Assembly: GCA_050248855.1 (NCBI GenBank)
Contig: JBFWRP010000022.1
Location: 9,897 to 73,896, forward strand
Direction: 5' to 3'
Source of the DNA: Planctomycetota bacterium
Lineage (GTDB): Bacteria > Planctomycetota > PLA2 > JAEUHO01
DNA: 64,000 nt
How positions within the stretch are numbered: position 1 is the first letter of the stretch; each line of letters starts with the position of its first letter. A program made the position numbers and the translations under genes. Positions 9,171-19,362 of this stretch are shown piece after piece. Below the pieces are notes generated by a model. It was given only the letters and a program-made list of their open reading frames with translations, searched no databases and was not told the DNA's origin.

Positions 9171-10136
9171 TCAGGCCGTCCCGGAGCGCGCGGCGTCGAC
9201 CAGGCGTTCGATGAGCACCTCGAAGGACGTCGCGGCGGACCAGCCGAGCTCGCGGCGCGCGCGCGAGGGGTCGCCGACGTTGCCGCGGATCTCGCGGGGG
9301 CGCACCCACGTCGCGTCGAAGCGCACGTGCTCGCGCCAGTCGAGGCCCACGACCGCGAACACGGAGCGCACGACGTCTTCCAGGCTGTGCTGCACGCCGG
9401 TTGCCACGACGAAGTCGCCCGGGACATCGTGGCGCAGGATCGCGTGCATGGCCTCCACATGGTCGGGCGCCCAGCCCCAGTCCCGGCGGATCGAGAGATC
9501 GCCGAGGACCAGCGGCGCCGTATCGCCCGCCGCAATGCGCAGGGCACCATCCACGATCTTCTGCGTGACGAAGCCCGCGGGGCGCAGCGGCGACTCGTGG
9601 TTGAAGAGGATGCCCGTGGCGGCGAAGAGGCCGAAGCGCCTGCGGTACTGGCGGGTGTGCTCGTGCGCCGTCACCTTGGCGGCGGCGTAGGGGCTGATCG
9701 GTGCGAAGGGCGTGCCCTCGTGGGCCGGCGTGCTGCCGACGTCGCCGAACATCTCCGACGAGGAGGCCGTGTAGAGGCGCGCGGCGGGGTGCTCGTGGCG
9801 CACGGCTTCGAGCAGGCAGAGCGTGCCCAGTGCAATCCCCTCGAACGAGGCGCGCGGATCGTCGAAGGAACGCCCCACCGAGGAGGGGCCGCCGAGTCCG
9901 TAGATCTCGTCGGGCATGACGTCGCGCACGAGGGCCCGCGCGCCGTACTCGTCCGGCAAGCGAAGTCCGTGCAGCGTGACGCGATCGGCGATTCCCAAGC
10001 GCTCCCAGTTGCGCGGCGTGCCCTGGTCGGCACGGCTCGACGTGCCGTGCACGTCGTAGCCGCGCTCGAGCAGCAGGCGCGCGAGGTAGGAGCCGTCTTG
10101 GCCCGTGCCGCCGACGATCAGCGCGCGGCGCGTCAT
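9171..10136 (-). CDS. gmd: GDP-mannose 4,6-dehydratase
   Basis: GGTGQDGSYLA, SSSEMFG, SPYAAAK, GILFNHESPLR, RDWGWA motifs. Confidence 0.9.
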   Translation of the reverse strand: MTRRALIVGGTGQDGSYLARLLLERGYDVHGTSSRADQGTPRNWERLGIADRVTLHGLRLPDEYGARALVRDVMPDEIYGLGGPSSVGRSFDDPRASFEGIALGTLCLLEAVRHEHPAARLYTASSSEMFGDVGSTPAHEGTPFAPISPYAAAKVTAHEHTRQYRRRFGLFAATGILFNHESPLRPAGFVTQKIVDGALRIAAGDTAPLVLGDLSIRRDWGWAPDHVEAMHAILRHDVPGDFVVATGVQHSLEDVVRSVFAVVGLDWREHVRFDATWVRPREIRGNVGDPSRARRELGWSAATSFEVLIERLVDAARSGTA

Positions 10137-11275
10137 CGGGCAGCCCCCGTCCCGAGCCACGCCGCCAGGAACCGCTCGCGAAAGGCCTCGTACGTGAACT
10201 GCGCCTCGAGCCGCGCGCGACCGGCCTCGCCAAGACGTCGGGCCGCTTCGCGATTCCCCAGGAGCCGGGCGAGCGCCTCGCCGACGGCCTCCGGCGTGGG
10301 GTCCACGACGAAGCCCGTCTCCCCGTCCACGACGATCTCCGACGACGCATCGTGGCTGCAGATGCAGGGCAGCCCGGCGCGCATCGCCTCCAGGTGGACG
10401 AGACCGAAGCCCTCGCCCGTGCTCGGCAGCACGAACGCATCCGACGCCGCGTACGTGGCCTGCAGCTGATCGCCGTCAAGGCGACCTGCGAACGAGATGG
10501 AACGCCCCGCCTGGCCGGGGAGATCCCGCGCGAGCGCCTCCAAGCGACTGCGGTCGTCGCCGTCGCCCACGACAACCAGATGTGCCTGGGGCACGCGCTG
10601 CGTCACGAGGGGCCACGAGGCGATGACCTTGTCGTAGCCCTTGTAGGCGTCGGCCGCCGAGAGCCGCCCGACGGTGACGGCCCTGGGTACGGCGCCGTCG
10701 GGGCGCAACGCGGCGGCAGCCGCAGGCCTCGCCCACGGCGGATCGGGTTCGAGGCCCAGATGCACGACCTTGGCGTCGGGCGCCCAGGGGTTGACCTCCT
10801 TCATGCGTCGCGCCGTGTGTTCGCTGATGGAGAGCAGCGGCGCGGCCCGCTCCACGCACGTGCGCCGCCCACCGCGAAGCGGCTCCCACACCTCGATGCC
10901 TACCAGGTACAGCCCATGGCGGCCCCGTGGGAGGAGACGTGCCGCCGAACCGACGCCGACGTGCACGAACAGGATCCGCTCGAAACGGCGTCGATGGCCA
11001 AGGAGACCCAGGGCGAGGGAGCCCTTCTTCCCACCGTACCCGCCGGATGCAGCCAGCCCCCGTCGACCGTGAAGCTCGCGTTGCAGCATCGCGGCCAGGC
11101 CGGCCCGCATGACCTCGTGGTCGTCGCTCAGCGACCACACGGTCACCTCGTCGGGCCCAAGACCGTCGACCAGCGCCCGCACGATCATGCGACCCATGCT
11201 CTGGAGACCACCCGGCGCGAACGCAGGGCCGGCCCGGAACCCGAGGTCGGACGCCACGACGAGGGTGTGCGTCAT
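10133..11275 (-). CDS. Glycosyltransferase family 4
   Basis: VGRL..KG, FVLPSTGEGFGLVHLEAM (EX7E); ATGA overlaps on both sides. Confidence 0.9.
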   Translation of the reverse strand: MTHTLVVASDLGFRAGPAFAPGGLQSMGRMIVRALVDGLGPDEVTVWSLSDDHEVMRAGLAAMLQRELHGRRGLAASGGYGGKKGSLALGLLGHRRRFERILFVHVGVGSAARLLPRGRHGLYLVGIEVWEPLRGGRRTCVERAAPLLSISEHTARRMKEVNPWAPDAKVVHLGLEPDPPWARPAAAAALRPDGAVPRAVTVGRLSAADAYKGYDKVIASWPLVTQRVPQAHLVVVGDGDDRSRLEALARDLPGQAGRSISFAGRLDGDQLQATYAASDAFVLPSTGEGFGLVHLEAMRAGLPCICSHDASSEIVVDGETGFVVDPTPEAVGEALARLLGNREAARRLGEAGRARLEAQFTYEAFRERFLAAWLGTGAAR

Positions 11276-12507
11276 GACGCGACTCCCACGCCGGAAGCCT
11301 GGACGCGCGCAAGCAGCGCGCACCACCGCTCGCACTGCGTGGCGCGGTCATAGCGGGCCTCGAACCAAGCCCGCGCGCGCTCGCCCCAGGCGCCGAGCTG
11401 GTGGCGCTCCGCGACGACGGCCCGCAGCGCCGCGAGCACGCTCGCGGGCTCGGGCGCGGCCGTCCAGCCAAGCTGCCCGGCCTCGACTTCGCGCGCCAGC
11501 GCTCCCCCCTCGCGGGCGATGGCCAGCACCGGGCGGCCCGCGGCCAAGGCGCCGGCCAGCTTGCTGGGCGCGAGCAGGCCATCGACCTCGGGCTTGAGCG
11601 TGATCACGTGCACGTCCGCCGCCGCCAGCACGTCGCCCAGGTCCTCGCGCGGCACGTAGCCCTGCACGGTGACCGTCGCCAGCTTCGCCGCCCCCTGCTT
11701 CACCACCGTCGCCTGTGCGCCACCGCCGCTGAAGAGCGCGGCGATCGGCAAGGTCTCGCGCTCGGCCTGCCCCAGCGCCTCGAGGAGAGCGTCAAACGCG
11801 TGCGCCCGACCGAAGTTGCCCGCGTAGACGAGCAGCACGGTGCCGTCGGGGAGCCCGAGGCGGGCGCGCGTGCGGCTGGTGGAGGCGGGGACGGGCTGCA
11901 CGGCCTCGCCGTCGGCCCAGTTGGCGATCACCTCGAGCCGTTCTCCATGCCCACGCAGCCGCGCGACGGTCTCGCCCATGGCGTCGTCGAGCACGACGAC
12001 CGCATCGGCGCGTCGGAGCAACAGCGCACTGACCCGAGCCAGGATGCGCTGCAGCAGCCCGGGGCGCACGACGCCCAGCGCCACCGCGACGTCGGGGTAG
12101 AGGTCCTCGACCTTGTAGACGAAGCGTGCACCGCGCCGCTTGGCCCAGAGCCCGAGCAGCGCGATGAAGGGCGGCGTGCTCAAGGCGAGGACCACATGCC
12201 CGCGACGGACGCGCAGCAACGTCCATCCCGCCGCCACGAGGAACCATGCATAGCCCAGCGCCCGCCCGGCAAGTCCGCGCCCCAGCGCGGGCCCGGCGAG
12301 CCGCACGATGCGGACGCCGCGACGCGTCTCGCGCCGTGCATACGGCGTCGCGGTTGGCGAGGCGTAGGGCTCGCGGCTCGTCACCACCCGCACGTCCCAG
12401 CCGCGCCGCGCGGCGTCCTCGGCCAGGTCGGCGAGCAGCTGGCCGGTGGCGGCCACGTCCGGCCAGTAGGCCTGGTTCACCACCCAGAGGACCCGCCGCG
12501 TCGCCAC
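11272..12507 (-). CDS. Glycosyltransferase family 4 (WcaI/WbuB-like)
   Basis: NQAYWPD..ATG, STPPF, DLYPD, YAGNFGRAH, PSKL..LAAGRP; GTG start at 12507. Confidence 0.88.
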   Translation of the reverse strand: MATRRVLWVVNQAYWPDVAATGQLLADLAEDAARRGWDVRVVTSREPYASPTATPYARRETRRGVRIVRLAGPALGRGLAGRALGYAWFLVAAGWTLLRVRRGHVVLALSTPPFIALLGLWAKRRGARFVYKVEDLYPDVAVALGVVRPGLLQRILARVSALLLRRADAVVVLDDAMGETVARLRGHGERLEVIANWADGEAVQPVPASTSRTRARLGLPDGTVLLVYAGNFGRAHAFDALLEALGQAERETLPIAALFSGGGAQATVVKQGAAKLATVTVQGYVPREDLGDVLAAADVHVITLKPEVDGLLAPSKLAGALAAGRPVLAIAREGGALAREVEAGQLGWTAAPEPASVLAALRAVVAERHQLGAWGERARAWFEARYDRATQCERWCALLARVQASGVGVAS

Positions 12508-12509
12508 GG

Positions 12510-14291
12510 TCAGGAGGCCGCCCCGGTGCGCCGACGCACGACGTGGCGCCCGAGGACCAAGCGATCCATGTTCGTGCGCAGGAAGCAGTCCAGGGCCTCG
12601 GCCGGTGTGTTGACGATGGGCTCGCTCTCGTTGAACGAGGTGTTGAGGACCAGGGGGACGCCCGTCTTCTCGTGGAAGGCATCGATCAGCGCCGCGTAGA
12701 GCGGCAGGTGACGTCGATCCACGCACTGCGTGCGTCCCGTGCCGTCGGCGTGCACCACGGCCGGTGCGAGATCGCGCTTTCGCGGGTCCATCGGGAACAC
12801 CTGCGTCATGAACGGATCGGGACGTGCCCCGGGGAACCACGCCGTCAAGTGCTCGGCCAGCACGCTCGGCGCGAAGGGACGGAAGCGCTCGCGGCGCTTG
12901 ATGCGTACGTTCAGGAGCTCGCGGGCGTCGGTGCGGCGCGGGTCGGCCAGGATCGAGCGCTGGCCCAGGGCCCGCGGCCCCCACTCGGCCCGCCCCTGGA
13001 ACCAGCCGACGACCTCGCCGGCGATCAGGGCCTCGGCCGTGTCGGCGGCCAAGCGCGCGTCGTCGGGAGCGATGTCGAGGGTGAACCCGTCGTGCGGCGT
13101 GCGCGGGACGAGCGCGGGCAAGCGCTCGCGGAGCGCCTGCTCGATCGCGGCCGTGGTCGCGCCGGGGCCGAGCGCCGCCGTGTGCTGCACCTCGCCGCGC
13201 GCTTGCCCGCGGTCCACGTGCGCGTGCCAGAGCGCCGCGCCCAAGGACGTGCCGTCGTCGCCGGCGGCCGGCTGGACGAACAGCTCCTCGACGCCGGCTT
13301 CCTCGTAGAGCTTGCCGTTGGCCAGCGAGTTCTGGGCGCAGCCGCCGGCCAGGCACAAGCGCCGCGTGCCCGCACGGGGCAGCAGGTGGCGCACGAGCGC
13401 GATCAACGCGCGCTCGTAGAGCGCCTGCGCGGACGCGGCGAGGTCCATGTGGCGCTGCTCGACCTCGTCCTCCCGCCCGCGTCGGGGGCCGAGCAGCGTC
13501 TCCCAGGCCGGCGTGAAGATGTCGCCGAGCACGGGCTCGCCCTGGTCCCACGACATGTCCACGCCTTCGCGGACATGGCGGAAGTACCTCAGGTCCAAGC
13601 GGAACGTGCCGTCGTCGGCCACGTCGAGCACGTGCTCGAGCTCGCGCACGAAGCGCGGCTCGCCGTAGGCGGCCAGGCCCATCACCTTGTACTCGTCGCC
13701 GTAGTGCGGGAAGCCCAGGTACTGCGTGACGGCCGTGTAGAAGAGCCCCAGCGAGTGCGGCCACGTATGACGACGGAGCACGCGGACGTCGTTGCCGCGA
13801 CCGACGCAGGCCATCGACGACACGAAGTCCCCGAACCCGTCCACCGTGAGGCACGCCGCCTCCTCGAACGGGCTCACGAAGAACGACGAGGCCACGTGCG
13901 CCAGATGGTGCTCCACGCCGACCAAGGGCGGAAGGTCGTCCTCGGCGATCCCGAGCTCGCGCGCGGCGCGCCCTTTGAGGCCTTCCACGGCCCGCAGGTT
14001 CCGGATCCGTCCCAAGGCGCGGCCTGCCGAGCCCGGATGCCGCAGCACGTGGAGCACCTTGCGCGTCAAGTACGCGCGGGGCTTGCGCGCGACGCACAGC
14101 GCGTCCACGGCGCGCCAGTCGCCGCCGCAGGCCTCGTCCACCACCCACGACAACGCGTGGGTCGGGAAGCCCGCTTGGTGCTTGCGGCGGGTGAACCGCT
14201 CTTCGGCCACGGCGCCCGCGATGCGCCCGTCGCGCACGGCCGCCGCGGCGGCATCGCCGTGGAACGCGTTGACGCCGACGACCACCGTCAC
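12510..14291 (-). CDS. O-carbamoyltransferase (NodU/CmcH family)
   Basis: HGDAAA, EERFTRRKH, EHHLAH, DGFGD, EYKVMGLAAYG, PAAGDDG, GPRALGQRS, KRRERFRPFAP, LNTSFN. Confidence 0.93.
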   Translation of the reverse strand: MTVVVGVNAFHGDAAAAAVRDGRIAGAVAEERFTRRKHQAGFPTHALSWVVDEACGGDWRAVDALCVARKPRAYLTRKVLHVLRHPGSAGRALGRIRNLRAVEGLKGRAARELGIAEDDLPPLVGVEHHLAHVASSFFVSPFEEAACLTVDGFGDFVSSMACVGRGNDVRVLRRHTWPHSLGLFYTAVTQYLGFPHYGDEYKVMGLAAYGEPRFVRELEHVLDVADDGTFRLDLRYFRHVREGVDMSWDQGEPVLGDIFTPAWETLLGPRRGREDEVEQRHMDLAASAQALYERALIALVRHLLPRAGTRRLCLAGGCAQNSLANGKLYEEAGVEELFVQPAAGDDGTSLGAALWHAHVDRGQARGEVQHTAALGPGATTAAIEQALRERLPALVPRTPHDGFTLDIAPDDARLAADTAEALIAGEVVGWFQGRAEWGPRALGQRSILADPRRTDARELLNVRIKRRERFRPFAPSVLAEHLTAWFPGARPDPFMTQVFPMDPRKRDLAPAVVHADGTGRTQCVDRRHLPLYAALIDAFHEKTGVPLVLNTSFNESEPIVNTPAEALDCFLRTNMDRLVLGRHVVRRRTGAAS

Positions 14292-15073
14292 GACGCAGGC
14301 TCCGACGGCAAGCCCTCGTCCTCGGGCGCGGCCAGACGCAGGGCGAGCAGCGTCTCGTAGAGGGCCCGCTCGTGTGCGTAGCGGATGGCCGCACGCCCCT
14401 TGAGCGGTCCCCCGGCCTTGAGCCAAGCCAGCGTGCCGATCAGGGGCGGCATCCAGCCGAGCTTGCGCAGCCGGTCCCGGAAGCGGAGATCGCGTCCGGC
14501 CACGATGCGCTCGTGCTCGCGCTTGGCGTAGCCCACTTGCGAGGCCACGAAGCGCTCCCAGGGCTTGCGGTCGTCGTGGATCAAACGGTGGCGGAGCGCG
14601 ACGATGGGACCCTCCACGCGGAAGCGATGGCCGTGACCGCTCTGCTCGACCTCTACCCGCGCGCGCCGGAGCAGACGCACGTCCGGCGGGTAGAGCGACC
14701 CGAGCAGCGCTCGTCCGCCCACGACGTAGCGAAAGCGCAGGCGGCCTGCCGAGGCGCCCGGTGCGACCACGCGGCGGTCCATCTCCTCGACGAGCCCCGG
14801 CTCCAGGGCCATGTCGGCGTCGAGCGCCAGAACGTAGTCCGTCTCCAAGGCCTCGTGGGCGAAGGCGTGCTGCCACTGGCGGTCGAAGGCGACGAAGGGA
14901 TGGACGTCGAAGACCACGTTGCCGTAGGCCCGCGCGATCGTCTCCGTGCGATCGCGGCTGCCCGAGTCCAGGACCAGCACCGTGCGGGCCCAGCCGAGCG
15001 AGGCAAGGGTGCGGTCGAGGTTGTCCTCTTCGTCGCGCGTCAGGACGACCGGCGTGATGTCGGCACCGGGCAC
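14288..15073 (-). CDS. Glycosyltransferase family 2 (KdtX/WaaE-like)
   Basis: TPVVLTRDEE, LDSGSRDRT, LALDAD; AAGGAGG RBS before GTG 15073. Confidence 0.85.
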   Translation of the reverse strand: MPGADITPVVLTRDEEDNLDRTLASLGWARTVLVLDSGSRDRTETIARAYGNVVFDVHPFVAFDRQWQHAFAHEALETDYVLALDADMALEPGLVEEMDRRVVAPGASAGRLRFRYVVGGRALLGSLYPPDVRLLRRARVEVEQSGHGHRFRVEGPIVALRHRLIHDDRKPWERFVASQVGYAKREHERIVAGRDLRFRDRLRKLGWMPPLIGTLAWLKAGGPLKGRAAIRYAHERALYETLLALRLAAPEDEGLPSEPAS

Positions 15074-15108
15074 CCGTCCCTCCTTGCGACCCTGCGGGGA
15101 CGAGGCCC

Positions 15109-16254
15109 TCACGTCGTCACGTCGTCCGGCTTCGGCCCGCCACACAGCCAAGCGTACGCCGCGGCCATCCGGGCCGCGACGGTCTCCCAAGCGAGATCGC
15201 GCCGGATCCAGGCGCGTCCTGCCGCCCCCATCGCCGCGAGGCGCTCGTGCGGCGCGGTCACGAGATCGCCGAGCGCGGCATGCAGCGCCTCCGTGCCGGT
15301 CTCGACCCACCAGCCCGCACCATGGTCCACGAGCCCCTGCCAGGGGGCCGCCCTCGTCGTCAGCACGGGGCGCGCGGCGGCCAGCGCTTCGGCCACGACC
15401 TGCCCGAAGTTCTCGCTCAGCGTGGGCAGCACGAACGCCGAGCAGCGCGCCAACAGCTCGTCGCGCTTCGCGTCGGGGACCGGCCCGAGGAAGCGCACGG
15501 GCGAGGTCGTGGGCCGCGTGCGGCGTTCGAGCGCAGCGCGCACCTCGGCCTCGTGGTCGAGCTCGTCGGGGCCGGCGATCCACAGCTCCCAGCCCGGGGC
15601 CTGCAGCGAGGCCCAGGCTTCCACGAGATGCAGCAAGCCCTTCTTGGGATGCACGCGCGAGAGGAACAGCAGCACGCGCGGTAGGGCGTCCGGCCCCGGC
15701 AAGGGCGCGGCCTCCCGGGGGACGTCCACGCCGTTGGGCACGACCACGACGGGGGTCTCGGGCCCGCGTGCGCGCAAGCCCTCGGCCTCCGCCTCGGACG
15801 TCGCGTGCAGCAGGTCGGCGCGCTGCAGGTCGTGACGCTGGTAGACGGCCCAGGCGACACGCTTGCGCGCCCCGTGCCAGCGCAGCGCCCACGGGTCGAG
15901 CATGCCGCGCGGGCTCACCACACGCGGAACACCGTGCCGCCGCGTCCACGCGGCCACGGCGTGATTGGTCGGCAGCCAGATGCCGTGGTCGTGGACCACG
16001 ACGGGGCGCTGCTCGCCGACGGCATCCGCGAACGTGGCCAGGAACCGCCCGCGCCGCCGCGGGCCGGCCGCCGTGGCGCGGAGGTCGGACGGCACGGCGA
16101 ACGGCAGGTCGTCGCCCGGTGGATGGGCGGTGACGAGCATGGTCGCTGCACCGAGCCCCTCGAGCGCACGCGCCAACGACGTGACGGAGCGCGCGGGCCC
16201 ACCGACCCAGGGCTCGATCGAGCCGATCGTGTGTACGCTGCGCACGAGCGTCAT
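15109..16254 (-). CDS. Glycosyltransferase family 4
   Basis: HDHGIW, SPRGML, FLSRVHPKKG, LPTLSENFGQVVAEAL. Confidence 0.92.
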   Translation of the reverse strand: MTLVRSVHTIGSIEPWVGGPARSVTSLARALEGLGAATMLVTAHPPGDDLPFAVPSDLRATAAGPRRRGRFLATFADAVGEQRPVVVHDHGIWLPTNHAVAAWTRRHGVPRVVSPRGMLDPWALRWHGARKRVAWAVYQRHDLQRADLLHATSEAEAEGLRARGPETPVVVVPNGVDVPREAAPLPGPDALPRVLLFLSRVHPKKGLLHLVEAWASLQAPGWELWIAGPDELDHEAEVRAALERRTRPTTSPVRFLGPVPDAKRDELLARCSAFVLPTLSENFGQVVAEALAAARPVLTTRAAPWQGLVDHGAGWWVETGTEALHAALGDLVTAPHERLAAMGAAGRAWIRRDLAWETVAARMAAAYAWLCGGPKPDDVTT

Positions 16255-17444
16255 CGCGAGCGCCTCGAGGCCACCACGGCCCGCAGCGCCTCGGCCGTGG
16301 CCTCCACGGCGTGCGCGATCGTGTAGCCCTCGATGCGCCGTTGACCGGCAACACCCAGGCGTGCGCGAGCATGCGGGTCACGGCCCAGCTCGACCAGGCG
16401 CGCGGCCAGCGCCTCCACGTCGCCGCACGGGTAGGTCCACCCCGTCTCGCCCGGCGTCACCAGGTCAGGTCCGCAGCCCACCTGGTCGCTGACCACGACG
16501 GGGAGCCCCACGTGCTGCGCCTCGTTCACGACGAGGCCCCAGGTCTCGCCGTGGTCGGACGGCAGCACGAACACGTCACCTGCCGCGTACGCGGGCCCCA
16601 GCTCGCCCTGGTTGAGGAAGCCCGTGAACGTGGCGGGCACGTCCAGCGCCTTGGCCCGCGCCCGGACCTCGGCCTCGAGCGGGCCGGCCCCCACGACGAG
16701 CAGCTCGAGGGCCGGCACGTCGCGCCGCGCACGCGCAACGGCCTCCACGAGGTCGAGCGGTCGCTTCTTGGGCTCGAGCTTGCCCACGAACAGCACGAGC
16801 ACCGCCTCGGGCGCCAGATTCCACCGTGCGCGCGCCGCGGCCCCCACGGCCTTGCGATCGCGCGCGGCGTCGTCCAGGTGCCTGGTGTCCACCGCGTACG
16901 GAGCCAGGGTGATGGCCGACGCGTCCATCCCCGCCGCACGCAGGAACCGTGCGTTGGCCGTACCGATGGCCAGCGCGGCCTCGAACCTCCGCAGGTGCCA
17001 GCGGTGCAGGAGACGTTTCCACGCCGCCCGCGGGCGCAAGTCGTTGGACTCGCCGCGCACGACGCGTGGGATCCCCAGCTTGACGGCGGCGCGCGTGGCT
17101 TGGAGCAAGCAGCGCGCCTGCCAGCCGCAGATCACCACCACGTCGGGCGCGAGCTCGGCCAGTCGATCCTGCACACCGGGCGTGTCGATGCCGTCCCGCG
17201 CGGTGAGCGAAGGGCGCGCGGCCACGTTGTCGAGCGCGCTCCAGGTGTAGCCCTCGAGCAACGGCACGTCCCACGTGAACTCCACGCCGAAACCCACGCC
17301 CTGCTGCTTCGCATCGGGGAGCATTCCGTACAACACGTGCACGTCGAAGCCGGGCGTCTGGGCGACACCCCGCATCCACGGCACCTGGTACTGGATCGGG
17401 TGCGTCGTCACGAATACGACGCGCAGGGGGTCTGCCGCCGTCAT
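16251..17444 (-). CDS. Glycosyltransferase family 4
   Basis: THPIQYQVP, FVGKLEPKKRP, LPSDHGETWGLVVNEA; ATG 17444 overlaps upstream stop. Confidence 0.92.
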   Translation of the reverse strand: MTAADPLRVVFVTTHPIQYQVPWMRGVAQTPGFDVHVLYGMLPDAKQQGVGFGVEFTWDVPLLEGYTWSALDNVAARPSLTARDGIDTPGVQDRLAELAPDVVVICGWQARCLLQATRAAVKLGIPRVVRGESNDLRPRAAWKRLLHRWHLRRFEAALAIGTANARFLRAAGMDASAITLAPYAVDTRHLDDAARDRKAVGAAARARWNLAPEAVLVLFVGKLEPKKRPLDLVEAVARARRDVPALELLVVGAGPLEAEVRARAKALDVPATFTGFLNQGELGPAYAAGDVFVLPSDHGETWGLVVNEAQHVGLPVVVSDQVGCGPDLVTPGETGWTYPCGDVEALAARLVELGRDPHARARLGVAGQRRIEGYTIAHAVEATAEALRAVVASRRSR

Positions 17445-18427
17445 CGCCCGATCGCCCGCATGCGGTCGCACGTCGTCGCGAGCACCCCCGCGGCCCGCCA
17501 GCCGACGAGCGATGCCAAGCGACCGTACCAGACGACGTCTCTCCGTCGACGCGGGAGACCCCACGCGGCGACATGGTCGAACAGTCGCTGCGACGCACCG
17601 GGAAGCCCCGCCGCTCCACACTGACGCGCCAGCAGGAACAGGAAGCGCACCGCCTGCTGGAACTCCCTGCTTTCCTCGACGACCCCGGCCTCCAGCGCGT
17701 GCTGCAGGAGGAGCGGTCGCGCGATCGCACGGGCCGCGAGCGACCTGCGAATCCGACGCCCCACGCCACTCAGGTGGTCCCCTGGCCGGCGACGCATGGT
17801 GCCGACGACCCCCTCCACCTTTCCCATCCCCCATCCGAGGGCGGCGATGCGCCCGTCGTACTCCCAGTCCTCCTCGTTGAAGAGGGGGAGCCACGGGCCT
17901 ACGCGCTCGAGCACGGCAGCCCGGTAGAGAGGTGCGACGGTGTCCCAGGGGCGATCCACGAGCAGTGCAGGGAAGCCGGAGGAGAGCGCCGGTGCGCGGC
18001 GAATGCCCGATTCGGGCCCGCGCCCGTCGACGCGTCGGATCTCCACGTCACCGATCACGAGCGCCCAGTCGGGGTGGTCGTCAAGTGCCGCGAGCTGCCG
18101 GTCGAACTTGGTCGGCACCAACAGGTCGTCGCTGTCCAAGTACTGGACGTAGGCGCCCGACGCGGCCGTTCTGCCCGTTTCGCGCGCGGCTCCGGGTCCG
18201 CGCGGCTGCCCGTGGCGAAACACGCGGACGACGCCCGGGTGACGTGCGCACAGCTCGTCGAGCACGCGGGGCGTTGCGTCGGTGGAGCCGTCGTCGACGA
18301 CGATCACCTCGATGGGTCGGTGGGTCTGAGCCAGCACGCTCGCGATGGCCTCCACGACCAGGTCCGGGCGGTTGTGCACGGGGATGATCGTGGAGACCAG
18401 CGGCTTGGTGGAGCCGGCCGGGATCAT
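17441..18427 (-). CDS. Glycosyltransferase family 2
   Basis: STIIPVHNR, VVDDGSTD, YLDSDD, EDWEY. Confidence 0.9.
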   Translation of the reverse strand: MIPAGSTKPLVSTIIPVHNRPDLVVEAIASVLAQTHRPIEVIVVDDGSTDATPRVLDELCARHPGVVRVFRHGQPRGPGAARETGRTAASGAYVQYLDSDDLLVPTKFDRQLAALDDHPDWALVIGDVEIRRVDGRGPESGIRRAPALSSGFPALLVDRPWDTVAPLYRAAVLERVGPWLPLFNEEDWEYDGRIAALGWGMGKVEGVVGTMRRRPGDHLSGVGRRIRRSLAARAIARPLLLQHALEAGVVEESREFQQAVRFLFLLARQCGAAGLPGASQRLFDHVAAWGLPRRRRDVVWYGRLASLVGWRAAGVLATTCDRMRAIGR

Positions 18428-19362
18428 GGCGCACCCGCCTCGGCACCCTTGCACGCGTGGACGCGCGCGGCCTGTTCACGACGCAGGCCCAGCTCGATGC
18501 CGGCATTCACGAGGCATTGGCGGAAGCGGTCGCCCCGCCCGCGCACCCACTGCCCGACCCCGCGCAGGACGTGCAGGAGGGCCCGAGCGCGCGAACCCCG
18601 CGGCGCGTTCGCGTGGATGCGCGCGTGGGCCACGCCGCTGAGGACGCCGTGCCGAACCAGCGCGGACAGGCGCAGGCGACGCCGCGGCACAGGATGGCGC
18701 ACGACGGCCTCGCCGACGTGACGCCCGCCCACGCCCTGCGCCAACGCGCGGCCAAACCACTCGGTCTCCTCCCCCAGCCCACGACGACGACCGACCAGGC
18801 CGAGATCGTGGCGGAACGGGCCGACCCTCTCGAAGGCCGAGCGTCGGACGGCGAAGTGGGCACCGATGGGCAGCGGATGTCCTTCGGCATGGTCCACCGT
18901 GCGCGGGGACACACGATGCAGCCCGTACACGCCAGCCAGCAGCTCGAGGCGCTCGTCACGCACCCACCCGGGCTTTCCGTCGGGCCATGTGGGCAGCACG
19001 GTGCCGCCGAACCAGCCGGCCGGAGACGCAGCCGCCAGCGCGTCCCGCCACGCCGCGAGCCATCCGGCGTCCACGCGGACGTCGTCGTCGAGGAACACGA
19101 CGGCCGGCGCGGACGTGGCCGCGAGAGCCCGGTTGCGTGCGCGGGCCAGGCCGGCCTCGGGCTCGACGGCGACACGCACGGGCAGGCGGTCGGCGTAGGA
19201 GCGGGCGACCTCGGCGCTGTCGTCGGCGGACCCGTTGTCCACGACGACGAGCTCCCAATCGGCCGGCGCGGTCGACGCCTCGCGGGCAAGGTCGTCCAGC
19301 ACCCCCGGCAGACGGCGGGCACCGTCGCGCGTGCAGATGATGACGGCGAAGGCCGGCGTCAT
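18424..19362 (-). CDS. Glycosyltransferase family 2
   Basis: VIICTRD, VVDNGSAD, ARNRA, FLDDD, GEETE. Confidence 0.9.
   Translation of the reverse strand: MTPAFAVIICTRDGARRLPGVLDDLAREASTAPADWELVVVDNGSADDSAEVARSYADRLPVRVAVEPEAGLARARNRALAATSAPAVVFLDDDVRVDAGWLAAWRDALAAASPAGWFGGTVLPTWPDGKPGWVRDERLELLAGVYGLHRVSPRTVDHAEGHPLPIGAHFAVRRSAFERVGPFRHDLGLVGRRRGLGEETEWFGRALAQGVGGRHVGEAVVRHPVPRRRLRLSALVRHGVLSGVAHARIHANAPRGSRARALLHVLRGVGQWVRGRGDRFRQCLVNAGIELGLRREQAARVHACKGAEAGAP

Noticed and set aside
7309..16381. Very long ORFs 7309-10575, 11272-14394, 12510-14876 and 14288-16381 suggesting giant fusions
   Set aside because: The N-terminal extensions are Arg/Ala/Pro-rich off-frame readings of upstream genes. 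Real starts coincide with ATGA/GTGA overlaps or short gaps.
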